Shown in pieces: positions 1 to 9,718 of a stretch of DNA of 37,075 nt. This DNA comes from Candidatus Microgenomates bacterium. GTDB taxonomy: Bacteria > Patescibacteriota > Microgenomatia > UBA1400 > PJMF01. How positions within the stretch are numbered: position 1 is the first letter of the stretch; each line of letters starts with the position of its first letter. The translations under genes and the position numbers were made by a program. The stretch is taken from NCBI GenBank assembly GCA_015486535.1, contig WFRK01000005.1, forward strand, positions 1-37,075, written 5' to 3'. The notes below the pieces were generated by a model. The model did no database searches. It saw nothing but the letters and a program-made list of their open reading frames with translations, and had not been told where the DNA came from.

Positions 1-540
1 CAATTACTCAATGCCAATCGTACAGTTCAATATCAGGGCGGCGATCTACCAACACTAGCAAACATTGCCAATCAAATGTTTTTTTTGGATGATCTGCCCC
101 TTATTGGTTCATGGTTTCATTCGCCACAAAAAAAATTGATCGCTCAAACATCACCCACCCCGGTTGGTTGGGTCGGGGGGACCGCCGTGATGATTAAACG
201 TCAACTGATAGAAGAAATTGGCTTGTTAGATGAGGCTATTTTTATGTATGCCGAAGACATTGATTACTGTTTTAGAGCGCATCGCGCCGGTTGGCGCATC
301 GCCATCGAGCCAAAGGCACGGGTCATTCATTACGGTTCAGCCAGCAGTTCAAGTGAAAGTGCCATTCGAGGAGAGTTTAAAGGATTAATTTACTTGTTTA
401 AAAAACATCGACCAGCTTGGCAGTTAACTTGGCTTAAACTGATTTTAAAAATTGCTGCCTATCTGCGTTTTTATCTTTTTAGCATTGTCAAAAAAAATGC
501 AAGCGCCCCTTACAAAAAAATCTTAAGTGATTTAAACTGA
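1..540 (+). CDS. GT2 family glycosyltransferase (WbbL/rhamnosyltransferase-like), 5'-truncated by the window edge
   Basis: Frame 1 is open from base 1 (QLLNANRTVQYQGGDLPTL...) into the tracked ORF. Motifs 'VGWVGGTAVMIKR..IEEIGLLDEAIFMYAEDIDYCFR' and 'VIHYGSAS' are typical of the GT2_like_c C-terminal half. Confidence 0.88.
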   Translation, partial: QLLNANRTVQYQGGDLPTLANIANQMFFLDDLPLIGSWFHSPQKKLIAQTSPTPVGWVGGTAVMIKRQLIEEIGLLDEAIFMYAEDIDYCFRAHRAGWRIAIEPKARVIHYGSASSSSESAIRGEFKGLIYLFKKHRPAWQLTWLKLILKIAAYLRFYLFSIVKKNASAPYKKILSDLN

Positions 541-546
541 AATTTT

Positions 547-2226
547 ATGACAAAAGTAGCGAGAACTAAAAAAAGTCATCTGCAAATCTTGCTTCATTGG
601 CTCGATGATCATCTTTTGTTGATCATGACCGGTTTGCTTTTTGCTTTTATACCGCTTTATCCGAAGATTCCTCTTTTTGACATCCTCCCCGGTTATATTG
701 TGCGTGTCAGGGCAGAGGACTTTTTGATTCTTTTGACCGTGATCATTTTTCTCATTCAGCTGGCGCGGCAGCGCATCAATCTACGTACTCCATTAACTCG
801 ATGGATCGCTGTTTATGCTGTCGCGGGTTTTGTCTCCATCTTGGCCGCCATTTTTATTATTCATACTGTCCCACTTCAATTACTTCATGTGGGCAAAACC
901 ACTCTTCACTATTTAAGATATCTGGAATATTTTTGTTTATTTTTTATTGCCTATGTCAGTGTCAAATCTAAAAAAGATCTTTGGTGGCTTCTTGGCGTTA
1001 TCTTTGTCACTTTAATTGGCATTTTTATTTATGGTGTCGGCCAAAAATATTTCTATTGGCCGGTTTATTCGACGATGAATCGAGAATTTAGCAAAGGCAT
1101 TCGTCTATATTTAACTAAACATGCGCGGGTACAGTCAACTTTTGCCGGTCACTATGATCTCGGCGCTTATTTGGTGATTGTGCTCCCTTTGATCGCCAGC
1201 TTTATGTTTAGCCTGAAAAACCGCTGGCAAAAAATTGCCCTTCACTTAATATTTTGGCTCGGCGTTTGGTTATTAATCGTCAGTGCGGCCCGCACTTCTT
1301 TTGCGGCTTTCATTATTAGTTTAGGCTTTTTAATTCTCGTTTTTAGTTACCAGCAAAAAAATCGTTGGGCAAGAGCGAAATATTTCTTCAAGCAATCAAG
1401 TTATATCTTTGGTCTGGTAATCTTGATGATGATCGTTTTTGGCAATGATTTATCTGATCGTTTAATGCAGGTGGTTGATTCAAATCCGGAAATGAAACAA
1501 GAAATTGATTATCTCAATGATCGACGCAAAATAGTCATCAAAAATTATGTCCTCATCCCACTGCATTTAGAAAAAATTGAAAAACCCAAAAATGGCATGT
1601 CAACCGATGAAGCAATGAAGGTGATCGTTAAATCTGACCAACGACCAAGTGAAAAAAGACCCTCGACGCAGCGTCCAAGCGACGTTTATGTTAATATTCC
1701 GGATGAAGTGACCATTTCCACCCGTTCAGCCAATGGTACTCTGAAAGTAACCACCATCGAAAAACCGCGTACCTATTCCATCAACGCTTTGAAACACGGT
1801 CTTAGTCTAGCGATTCGCTTAGATTCTCTTTGGCCTCAAGCAATTAGGGGTTTTAAGCGAAATCCGCTCACCGGTTCCGGTTATGCCACTCTAAATAAGC
1901 ATGGCGAATATCAATTTACTGAAGCAGATAGCACCGACAACAACTACTTACGTACTTTAGGCGAAACCGGCTTATTCGGCTTTATCGTTTTTTATGGCAT
2001 AATCCTGTATGTGATTGAACAAACAATCAACTTCATCAAAAAAACTGATGACAAACTGATGCGCTCATTTGCCTTTGGTTTTCTTGCCGGTATCATTGGT
2101 CTCTTAATCAATGCTATTTATATTGATGTTTTTGCCGCCTCTAAAGTAGCGATGACTTTTTGGGCTTTAGTTGGGATGATTTTGGCCAGTTTTAGATTAA
2201 CTTTAGAGCAAAAAAATCATGCCTAA
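547..2226 (+). CDS. O-antigen ligase/Wzy_C-like integral membrane protein (WaaL/O-OTase family)
   Basis: About 12 hydrophobic segments. Motifs 'RVQSTFAGHYDLGAYL', 'SAARTS', 'IRLDSLW..AIRGFKRNPLTGSGY' and 'TDNNYLRTLGETGLFG' resemble the Wzy_C pattern (NPxxGxG...HNxYL..E.G..G). Confidence 0.8.
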   Translation: MTKVARTKKSHLQILLHWLDDHLLLIMTGLLFAFIPLYPKIPLFDILPGYIVRVRAEDFLILLTVIIFLIQLARQRINLRTPLTRWIAVYAVAGFVSILAAIFIIHTVPLQLLHVGKTTLHYLRYLEYFCLFFIAYVSVKSKKDLWWLLGVIFVTLIGIFIYGVGQKYFYWPVYSTMNREFSKGIRLYLTKHARVQSTFAGHYDLGAYLVIVLPLIASFMFSLKNRWQKIALHLIFWLGVWLLIVSAARTSFAAFIISLGFLILVFSYQQKNRWARAKYFFKQSSYIFGLVILMMIVFGNDLSDRLMQVVDSNPEMKQEIDYLNDRRKIVIKNYVLIPLHLEKIEKPKNGMSTDEAMKVIVKSDQRPSEKRPSTQRPSDVYVNIPDEVTISTRSANGTLKVTTIEKPRTYSINALKHGLSLAIRLDSLWPQAIRGFKRNPLTGSGYATLNKHGEYQFTEADSTDNNYLRTLGETGLFGFIVFYGIILYVIEQTINFIKKTDDKLMRSFAFGFLAGIIGLLINAIYIDVFAASKVAMTFWALVGMILASFRLTLEQKNHA

Positions 2227-3667
2227 ATTAATAAAAATATTGAAACATTTTGAAATAATCAGTTTAGTTCTTTTGGTTGGTCTCGCTTTCTGTCTCAGGC
2301 TCTACCGCCTATCAAATCCACCGTTAGATTGGCATGCTTTTCGCCAAGCAGATACGGCTTCGGTGAGTCGTGAATATGTCAAGCATGGTATCGATCTGCT
2401 CCACCCGAAATATCATGATCTTTCGAACATTCAGAGCGGTCAATTAAATCCTTCGGGTTACCGCATGGTTGAGTTTCCAATTGTCAATGCTTTGGTGGCG
2501 GCGATTGTTCTTAGCACCCATTTTAATTTGGTGATTGTCAGTCGTTTATTGGCCATCGTCGCCTCATTGGGCACACTCCTCAGTCTTTATTTTTTGGTCA
2601 AAGAAATATCGGGTCAACGAACTGCTTTTTGGACGGCCTTGTGGTTCAGTCTTCTGCCTTACGCTATCTTTTACTCGCGTGTGATTTTGCCCGAACCATT
2701 TATGCTTTTCGCCGCGACATTCAGTCTCTTAACTTTTTACTTTTTTCTCAAATACGAACAGTGGCGTTATTGGTGGTTAAGTTTATTCAGTTTTGCTTTG
2801 GCCCTACTTTTAAAACCGTTTGTGATTTTTTTAGCTCTCGTTTTTTTGGCTTTCGGCTTTGTTTTTCGCGCTTGGCGAAAGAAAAAATTCTGGCTGGCTT
2901 ACGCTGGACTGACTTTCGCTGCCGTCCCACTTATCGCTTGGAGAGAATGGATTCAGCAGTTTCCCGCCGGTATTCCCGCCTCGGACTGGCTTTATAACAG
3001 TGACGGCATCCGACTCCGGCCCGCTTGGTTCCGTTGGTTGTTTTATGAAAGACTGGTGAAACTTTTTCTTGGCTTTATTGGTGTCATCTTTTTACCATTC
3101 TCTTTGCTTAAACTCAAAAAGAAAGAGTGGCTTATTTATGGCGCTTGGTGGCTCGGCATCCTCGCCTACTTTGTTGTTTTCGCTACGGGCAATGTAAGGC
3201 ATGATTACTATCAAAATTTAATGCTGCCTATTCTCGTTATTACCTTAGGTCGAGGAACGACGATGTTAGAAAATTTTTTGCGACAGAAATTTAATCCTCT
3301 TTTGGCTACTGTGGCCGTTAGTTTTCTACTCTTGGTGACAAACATCTCCGCTTGGCAATTTGTCAAAGGTTACTTTAACATTAATCATCATGAATATTTG
3401 ACTGCCGGTCAGGCGGTAGATGAGCTACTTCCTAAAAATGCCATTGTCATTGCCCCAGACTTTGGTGACACACAATTTTTATATGCTACCAATCGACGTG
3501 GCTTTCCCATCGGTTTTGAAATCAGCAAAAAAATCAAAGCGGGCGCTCAATATTATGTCACCACCAGTTTTGATCAAGAAGCGAAAAATTTAGAAAAACA
3601 ATACTTTACGGTCAAAAAAACGCCGACCTACTTGATCCTTAATTTAACTCGTCCAAAATCAAATTAA
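2219..3667 (+). CDS. GT-C fold membrane glycosyltransferase (PMT_2/ArnT-like, GT39/GT83)
   Basis: Multi-TM protein with N-terminal 'LRLYRL..P.DWHAFRQADT' loop, 'EFP', 'SRLLAIVASLGTL..LYFLVKE', 'YSRVILPEP' and 'ALALLLKP', typical of PMT_2 proteins. Confidence 0.8.
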   Translation: MPKLIKILKHFEIISLVLLVGLAFCLRLYRLSNPPLDWHAFRQADTASVSREYVKHGIDLLHPKYHDLSNIQSGQLNPSGYRMVEFPIVNALVAAIVLSTHFNLVIVSRLLAIVASLGTLLSLYFLVKEISGQRTAFWTALWFSLLPYAIFYSRVILPEPFMLFAATFSLLTFYFFLKYEQWRYWWLSLFSFALALLLKPFVIFLALVFLAFGFVFRAWRKKKFWLAYAGLTFAAVPLIAWREWIQQFPAGIPASDWLYNSDGIRLRPAWFRWLFYERLVKLFLGFIGVIFLPFSLLKLKKKEWLIYGAWWLGILAYFVVFATGNVRHDYYQNLMLPILVITLGRGTTMLENFLRQKFNPLLATVAVSFLLLVTNISAWQFVKGYFNINHHEYLTAGQAVDELLPKNAIVIAPDFGDTQFLYATNRRGFPIGFEISKKIKAGAQYYVTTSFDQEAKNLEKQYFTVKKTPTYLILNLTRPKSN

Positions 3668-3670
3668 ACT

Positions 3671-4858
3671 ATGAAAATTCTCATGTTGACACCCTATCTG
3701 CCTTATCCGCTCTTATCCGGCGGTCAGATTCGCACCTTCAATCTCTTGAAACACTTGAGTAAAAATCATCAAATTAGTCTTTTTGCATTGATTAAAGACC
3801 AACAAGAAAAACAGTATATTACTCAATTGGAAAAGTTTTGTTATCAAGTAAAAGTTTTCAAACGCTCGCGTCATCCATTTACAATTAAAAATATTTTGCA
3901 AACCGCTATTTCAAAGTACCCTTTTTTGGTGGTGCGCAATTATTCGACCAAAGCCGCCGCCGCCGTTAAGGAAGAACTGAAAAATAATCACTACGATCTT
4001 ATTCATGCCGAGACTTTTTACATGATGCCTCATATTAAACAAACGAAAATTCCGACAATTTTAGTTGAGCAAACCATCGAATATTTGGGTTATGAAAACT
4101 ATGCTGACCAAGCATCTCCTTATTTACGACCATTATTAAATATCGACATTCACAAAATTAAAAATTGGGAAAAACATTATTGGCAACGCTCAAACAAATT
4201 GATTGTTATGAGTCAGGAAGATAAAGACTTCATTAAACCGTTTGTAAGAGAAACAAGCAAAATTGCTGTTGTCGAAAATGGAGTGGACATTCAATGGTTT
4301 GACCAAAAGAAACGTTTGGAACCGGAAAAACCCACCATTTTATTTGTCGGCACCTTCAACTGGTTGCCTAATCGCGAAGCAGTGAAGTTTCTAGTCAATC
4401 AAGTTTGGCCAAAAATTAGTCAACAAATTAAGAGCGCCCGTTTGTGGATTGTCGGTAATGCCCCAACTGAGGATGTCCTGAAACTAAATCAAAGAGATCG
4501 TCACATTCAAGTAACGGGTGGTATTCCTGATATTCGCGATGCTTTTCGAGCGGCCACCGTCCTGGTGGCACCAGTTTTCTCGGGTAAGGGGACACGTTAT
4601 AAAGTACTTGAAGCCATGGCGGCCGGCACGCCGGTGGTAGCGACACCATTAGCGGTCGAAGGCTTAAAAGTAAAGCATCAAGAGCATGTACTTATTGCCC
4701 AAACCGCCACCGATATTGCGCAAGCGACAAACCTACTCATTCGAAACCCAAAGTTAAGAAAAAAATTAGCCAAAAATGCCAAAAATTTTGTTGCCAAACA
4801 TTATGACTGGCCCCTCATTGCCCAAAAGCTGAATAAAATTTATAATAATGTCGCCTAA
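3671..4858 (+). CDS. GT4 family glycosyltransferase
   Basis: 'MKILMLTPYLPYPLLSGGQIRTFNLLKHL', 'VVENGVD', 'ILFVGTFNWLPNREAV' and 'GKGTRYKVLEAMAAGTPVVAT' (GT-B/GT4 signature). Confidence 0.9.
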   Translation: MKILMLTPYLPYPLLSGGQIRTFNLLKHLSKNHQISLFALIKDQQEKQYITQLEKFCYQVKVFKRSRHPFTIKNILQTAISKYPFLVVRNYSTKAAAAVKEELKNNHYDLIHAETFYMMPHIKQTKIPTILVEQTIEYLGYENYADQASPYLRPLLNIDIHKIKNWEKHYWQRSNKLIVMSQEDKDFIKPFVRETSKIAVVENGVDIQWFDQKKRLEPEKPTILFVGTFNWLPNREAVKFLVNQVWPKISQQIKSARLWIVGNAPTEDVLKLNQRDRHIQVTGGIPDIRDAFRAATVLVAPVFSGKGTRYKVLEAMAAGTPVVATPLAVEGLKVKHQEHVLIAQTATDIAQATNLLIRNPKLRKKLAKNAKNFVAKHYDWPLIAQKLNKIYNNVA

Positions 4859-4862
4859 ATTT

Positions 4863-5741
4863 ATGTCAAAGAAAAAATCAAGTTTAGAAATTATCATTCC
4901 TAATTACAACTCGCAGTTCTGGTTGAAAAAAACTTTGATTAGTCTTAAGCAGTTTTATCTCGATCAAGCTTATCATCATGTTTCCGTTACCTTGGTCGAC
5001 AATGCTTCCAGCGATGACTCGGTAGCAATGATCCGACGTAACTTCCGTTGGGTGAAGTTGATCGCCAATCAAAAAAATTTAGGCTTTGCCGGCGCGAATA
5101 ATTTGGCTTTAAGAGAAACTCAGGCAGATTATGTCATGTTACTTAATTCGGACGTTGAGTTAACGGCCGATTCCAATTTTGATAAATTAATTGACTATCT
5201 GAACCAACATCAAAAAGTGGCCGTCATCACTCCTAAAATAATTTTCTCGAACGGCCAAATCGACCCCGCTTGTCATCGCGGGGAACCAACACTCTGGGCT
5301 TCATTCAGCTATTGGTTTAGATTAGAAGCACTTTTTCCTCGCCAACGCTGGAGTAGCCAATATCATCAATGGTTCAAGGAGCTTGATCAAATTCATATGA
5401 TTGACGCTTGTTCCGGAGCGGCGATGATGGTCAGAAAAAAAGCGATTGACAAAGTTGGCTTACTTGATGAGCAATTTTTTATGTACGCTGAAGATCTTGA
5501 CTGGGCTCATCGTTTCCGTCAGGCTCATTGGCAGATTGTTTTTTATCCCGCTGTTAGTTTGATTCATCATAAATATAAATCCGGTTTAAAAAACACTTCT
5601 CAAGCAATTGCAAGAAATACGAAAAAACATTTTTATAATACTATGCTACAATATTATGATAAACATCATGCGCGACGATATCCTCATTGGGTGCGTCAGC
5701 TGATACATTTATTTATTACTATTAAGAAAGGTGGATTATGA
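4863..5741 (+). CDS. GT2 family glycosyltransferase (WbbL-like)
   Basis: 'IIIPNYN', 'VDNASSDDS', 'NLGFAGANN', 'LLNSD' and 'LLDEQFFMYAEDLDW'. The start is either ATG 4848 or ATG 4863; the latter avoids overlap. Confidence 0.9.
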   Translation: MSKKKSSLEIIIPNYNSQFWLKKTLISLKQFYLDQAYHHVSVTLVDNASSDDSVAMIRRNFRWVKLIANQKNLGFAGANNLALRETQADYVMLLNSDVELTADSNFDKLIDYLNQHQKVAVITPKIIFSNGQIDPACHRGEPTLWASFSYWFRLEALFPRQRWSSQYHQWFKELDQIHMIDACSGAAMMVRKKAIDKVGLLDEQFFMYAEDLDWAHRFRQAHWQIVFYPAVSLIHHKYKSGLKNTSQAIARNTKKHFYNTMLQYYDKHHARRYPHWVRQLIHLFITIKKGGL

Positions 5742-6193
5742 ACGAACTCCAACTAAAAATCCAAGACCTGCGAACAAAAAATGTGCAGGTTTTACTTGAA
5801 GCGATCACGGTGACAATTGTCACTTTAGTCATCAATAGCATGTTGCCTTTGCTGTTGGTGAAATATGTTTATGCAAATAAACAATTATTAACCGCACCGC
5901 CAATTTTTAACTATATTAACGTTGGTTCATTTTTGGTGACGGTTCTTTATTTCACCTATGCTTTCGTGAGTAACTTTGGTCGAGAAAAACAGATTAAAAC
6001 GCTCATGTTTGAGTTTGAATCTGATGAACTTGATGAAGAATTAAGCGACACAGAACTTGAGGAACTGGAAGAGATTGTCGATCAAGCTTTAAGTAAACGC
6101 AAACCAAAAACAAAAATAAAAAAACTCAGTCGAACGACAAAAAAGGCGACACGGGCAAAAAAGGGCAGCAAGAAGACCAGTCGTAAAAAATAA
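5738..6193 (+). CDS. Hypothetical two-TM membrane protein with an acidic segment followed by a Lys/Arg-rich tail
   Basis: ATGA overlap with the upstream gene, SD-like AAGGTGGA, two hydrophobic helices, then 'EFESDELDEELSDTELEELEE' and 'KKATRAKKGSKKTSRKK'. TAATG overlap with the next gene. Confidence 0.7.
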   Translation: MNELQLKIQDLRTKNVQVLLEAITVTIVTLVINSMLPLLLVKYVYANKQLLTAPPIFNYINVGSFLVTVLYFTYAFVSNFGREKQIKTLMFEFESDELDEELSDTELEELEEIVDQALSKRKPKTKIKKLSRTTKKATRAKKGSKKTSRKK

Positions 6194-7281
6194 TGCAGAA
6201 ACGTATCGGCCTCGATTGCCGTTTAGCCGGTACTAAGCATACAGGTATTGGCCGTTATATTGTCGAACTGGTACCGAGATTGATTGAGAAAGCACCGAGT
6301 GATTATCACTGGGTGCTTTTTGTTTCTGATCCCCATTTATTTGCCGGTCTAAAAAATAACTCTCACGTCCAATTTGTGGCGACAAATATCCAACATTACT
6401 CATTTAAAGAACAATGGCAGTTGGCCCGTTTATTTCGTCAAGCGAAATTAGATCTATTGCACATTCCTCATTTCAACCAACCGTTACTTTACCGTCGGCC
6501 CACTATTTTGACGATTCACGATCTTCTTTGGCATCAACAACAAGGACTGGGTGTAACGACACTTTCACCCTTAAGCTACTATTTGAAGTATTTCGGCTAT
6601 CGTCTCGTCGTCAATCAAGCGGTTAAACAAGCAGAAACAATTCTCGTTCCTTCTTTAAAAACAAAGCGAGATTTGCTTCATTATTATCCTAAAACAGAAT
6701 CAAAAATTGTTGTCAGCCGCGAAGGCGTTTCACTCAATCAACCACCTCTTAAACCAAATAAGTTATTGCCAAAAGATTATTTGCTTTACGTCGGTTCACT
6801 TTATCCTCACAAAAATGTTGCTGTTCTGTTGAAAGCACTTACCTTGGCGCCAAAAGAAAATCTGGTCATTGTCAGCGCTCGTTCTATTTTTCGCCAAAAA
6901 ATCGAAAAGCAACTGCAACAATTAAAATTGACTCATCGGGTAATTTTCTTTGACTGGGTCAGCGATGCAACATTAGCTTATCTTTATCAAAAGGCAAAAG
7001 CATTAATCCAACCATCAATCAACGAGGGTTTCGGTCTCACCGGCATCGAAGCAATGAGCTTCGGTACACCAGTAATTGCCTCCAATATTGCCATTTTCCA
7101 AGAAATCTATCAACAAGCCGCTTACTTTTTTACCCCAAACAACTATCATCAATTGGCACAAATAATTCAGAAAAAAAATCTCAGCGAAAAATTAGCGCAA
7201 GCAAAAACACTCTTAGGTCAATATAGTTGGAATCAGTGTGCTCAAACGACTTTAACTGCCTATGCCAAAAGTTTTACTTAA
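6193..7281 (+). CDS. GT4 family glycosyltransferase (MtfB/WbpY-like, possible mannosyltransferase)
   Basis: 'IGLDCRL...TGIGRYI.EL', 'LTIHDL', 'YVGSLYPHKN' and 'EGFGLTGIEAMSFGTPVIAS'. Confidence 0.9.
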   Translation: MQKRIGLDCRLAGTKHTGIGRYIVELVPRLIEKAPSDYHWVLFVSDPHLFAGLKNNSHVQFVATNIQHYSFKEQWQLARLFRQAKLDLLHIPHFNQPLLYRRPTILTIHDLLWHQQQGLGVTTLSPLSYYLKYFGYRLVVNQAVKQAETILVPSLKTKRDLLHYYPKTESKIVVSREGVSLNQPPLKPNKLLPKDYLLYVGSLYPHKNVAVLLKALTLAPKENLVIVSARSIFRQKIEKQLQQLKLTHRVIFFDWVSDATLAYLYQKAKALIQPSINEGFGLTGIEAMSFGTPVIASNIAIFQEIYQQAAYFFTPNNYHQLAQIIQKKNLSEKLAQAKTLLGQYSWNQCAQTTLTAYAKSFT

Positions 7282-8557
7282 GAACTCAAACCGGCAACAA
7301 CCAAAAATTGCTCTAGTTTATGATCGGGCGAATACGTTTTTTGGTGGTGCGGAACGAATTTTAGTCGCTTTAGCAGAACATTTTGCTCCACTAGATTTGT
7401 TTACTCCGCTCATTAATCCTCAAACTAAATGGGTGAAACAGTTTCACCAGCATAAGACCAGTTTTATCAATCGCTTACCACTGGCCCAAAAATATCATCA
7501 ACTTTATGCGCCTCTAATGCCTCTGGCGGTAGAAAATTTTGATTTATCTGCCTATGATATTATTATCTCCTTATCGAGCGCGGAAACTAAGGCGGTGCTC
7601 ACCAAGCCAGGGCAACTCCACATCAATTATTTATTGACACCGCCACGTTATCTCTATCAGTATGATCAAGTTTATCTCGGAGCGACGCCTCAGCCGATTG
7701 ATCACTTAATCAAGCTTCTGTCTGCGCCGGCGCGCGCTTATCTCCGTTGGTTTGATCAGATGAGTATTTTCCGGCCCGATGTTATTGTACCTATCAGTCA
7801 ACTCGTGCGCCGGCGCGCCCAACGAATCTATCCCCAAGCGCAATTTCGCCCAGCCCTTTATCCCTTTGCACCAAATTTAGTACCTGAAGCGCAAAAGGCC
7901 GCTCAGCAATATGCCCAATTAGATCATCGACTCCGTCGTTGGCAGTTTAATTTAAGTGTCAATCGGTTGGTGAAATATAAACGGGTTGATTTGACTATTA
8001 AAGCTTCTCTTAAGGTAAAACAACCATTGCTCATCGTTGGTCGAGGCATAGAGCAGGCTTCTCTATTAAAATTAGCTGGTCCCTTGGGAACTAAGTTTGT
8101 TTCTCCAACAAAACAAACTTACCTCCAGCCACAGCAAGGAGGAGCACTCCTACTCCGTTGGCTCAACCAAGCGCAACAAAACGGTAAATTGGTTTTCTTT
8201 TTGGATCAAGTAAGTGATCAAATTTTGAGCCTCCTTTATCAGCATGCGCAGGTCGTTATTGCACCGGGATGGGAGGATTTTGGTCTCGTCCCGTTAGAAG
8301 CAGCCTACTTCGGTACACCATCAATTATTAACGCCCGGAGTGGGGTAGCGGAAGTACTTCATCATCAAAAAGAAGCTTGGCATTTGAAACGACAATCAGT
8401 CACACAACTGGCACAAATTCTTAATCGCAAAGAATATAAAAAAATAAACCAATCATTAATAAAAGCAGTGGCACAAAAATTCAATCAAAAAACATACTTG
8501 AAAAACTTTGGCGCTTTAGTGTATGATGAGTGGCGTCAAGTGTCATACAAAGTATGA
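7262..8557 (+). CDS. GT4 family glycosyltransferase (WbaZ-like)
   Basis: 'ALVYD....GGAERIL', 'MPLAVENFDLSAYDIIIS', 'HINYLLTPPRYLY', 'RLVKYKRVDL' and 'EDFGLVPLEA..GTP'. Confidence 0.88.
   Translation: MPKVLLKNSNRQQPKIALVYDRANTFFGGAERILVALAEHFAPLDLFTPLINPQTKWVKQFHQHKTSFINRLPLAQKYHQLYAPLMPLAVENFDLSAYDIIISLSSAETKAVLTKPGQLHINYLLTPPRYLYQYDQVYLGATPQPIDHLIKLLSAPARAYLRWFDQMSIFRPDVIVPISQLVRRRAQRIYPQAQFRPALYPFAPNLVPEAQKAAQQYAQLDHRLRRWQFNLSVNRLVKYKRVDLTIKASLKVKQPLLIVGRGIEQASLLKLAGPLGTKFVSPTKQTYLQPQQGGALLLRWLNQAQQNGKLVFFLDQVSDQILSLLYQHAQVVIAPGWEDFGLVPLEAAYFGTPSIINARSGVAEVLHHQKEAWHLKRQSVTQLAQILNRKEYKKINQSLIKAVAQKFNQKTYLKNFGALVYDEWRQVSYKV
8498..8527 (+). promoter_or_regulatory. Putative sigma70 promoter for manC
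   Basis: TTGAAA (8498-8503), N18, TATGAT (8522-8527). The downstream gene has SD AAGGAG at 8593-8598. Confidence 0.4.
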
Positions 8558-8602
8558 CAGTCTAAATTGAGGAAAAAATTTGCAGTCAAGCAAAGGAGTT
8601 TT

Positions 8603-9715
8603 ATGCCCACAAAAAATCGTCTTTTTGCCCTCATTCTCGCTGGTGGTGGTGGTACCCGCCTTTGGCCAAAATCAAGAAAGAAAACTCCCAAACAATTTCT
8701 CAGATTGGGCGGTGATAAAACAATGCTTCAAGTAACAGCCGATCGCTTTAATAAAATTGTTCCTTGGGAAAACATGATTGTCATTAGTAATAAACTCTAT
8801 GTAAAAGAAGTCGCTGCCCAATTGCCTCAAGTACCTAAGCAAAATATTATCTTTGAACCGGAGAAGAAGGATACTGCCTTAGCCATGTTAGTGGGAGCAA
8901 TTTTTGCCAAAACCAAAAATGAACAAGCGATTGTGATTAATGGCGCTTCAGATCACGTGGTAAAACAAGTAGATGAATTTATTAGGTTGATGAAAGCCGC
9001 GGCGCGCGCCGCCGAAGACAAAACAAAGTTAATTGCTGTGGGCATCACCCCAACACGACCAGCGACCGGTTTCGGTTACATCAAGATTGGTCAAGAAATT
9101 GGCAAAATCAATCATCATATCAGCTTGTTCAAAGTCGCTAATTTTACAGAGAAACCTAATCTAGCGACGGCGCGCGCTTTCATTTCCACCGGTCGCTACT
9201 TCTGGAATGCCAATAATTATGTTTGGTCGGCTGATGCAATTATTGCCGCTTTCAAAAAATATCAACCGGATCAATATCAATTGACGAAAAAACTATTATC
9301 ACTCAAAAATCCGCTACGGTTTCAAAAAGCATTGAAGCAAATCTATCATCAAGCCGCGAGCATTTCGATTGATTATGCCATCTCTGAAAAGGCAGATAAT
9401 CTTTACTTAATTCCCGGTGATTTTGGTTGGGATGATATTGGTGAATGGTCGGTCGTCTATCAATTGAATCGAAAAGATCTCAATGGTAACGTGATTTTAG
9501 CTGACTCTGATAAAAAACAAATTAAAGTCCTTAGCGTCCAGTCGCATAATAACTTGATCCATAACGATAATCGCTTAATCGCTCTCCTGGGCGTCGAGGA
9601 TATGGTCGTTGTCGACACACCGGAGATTTTGCTCGTCATGCCCCGAAACAAAAGTCAAGATTTAAAACAATTGGTACAACGACTCAAAAATGAAAAAAAA
9701 GAAGAGTATCTTTAA
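8603..9715 (+). CDS. manC: Mannose-1-phosphate guanylyltransferase (no C-terminal PMI cupin domain)
   Basis: 'ILAGGGGTRLWPKSRKKTPKQFL', 'EPEKKDTA', 'SDH', 'TGFGYI', 'FTEKP', 'SIDYAISEK' and 'GWDDIGEW'. Start placed at ATG 8603 behind SD AAGGAG rather than at TTG 8567. Confidence 0.92.
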   Translation: MPTKNRLFALILAGGGGTRLWPKSRKKTPKQFLRLGGDKTMLQVTADRFNKIVPWENMIVISNKLYVKEVAAQLPQVPKQNIIFEPEKKDTALAMLVGAIFAKTKNEQAIVINGASDHVVKQVDEFIRLMKAAARAAEDKTKLIAVGITPTRPATGFGYIKIGQEIGKINHHISLFKVANFTEKPNLATARAFISTGRYFWNANNYVWSADAIIAAFKKYQPDQYQLTKKLLSLKNPLRFQKALKQIYHQAASISIDYAISEKADNLYLIPGDFGWDDIGEWSVVYQLNRKDLNGNVILADSDKKQIKVLSVQSHNNLIHNDNRLIALLGVEDMVVVDTPEILLVMPRNKSQDLKQLVQRLKNEKKEEYL

Positions 9716-9718
9716 ATT

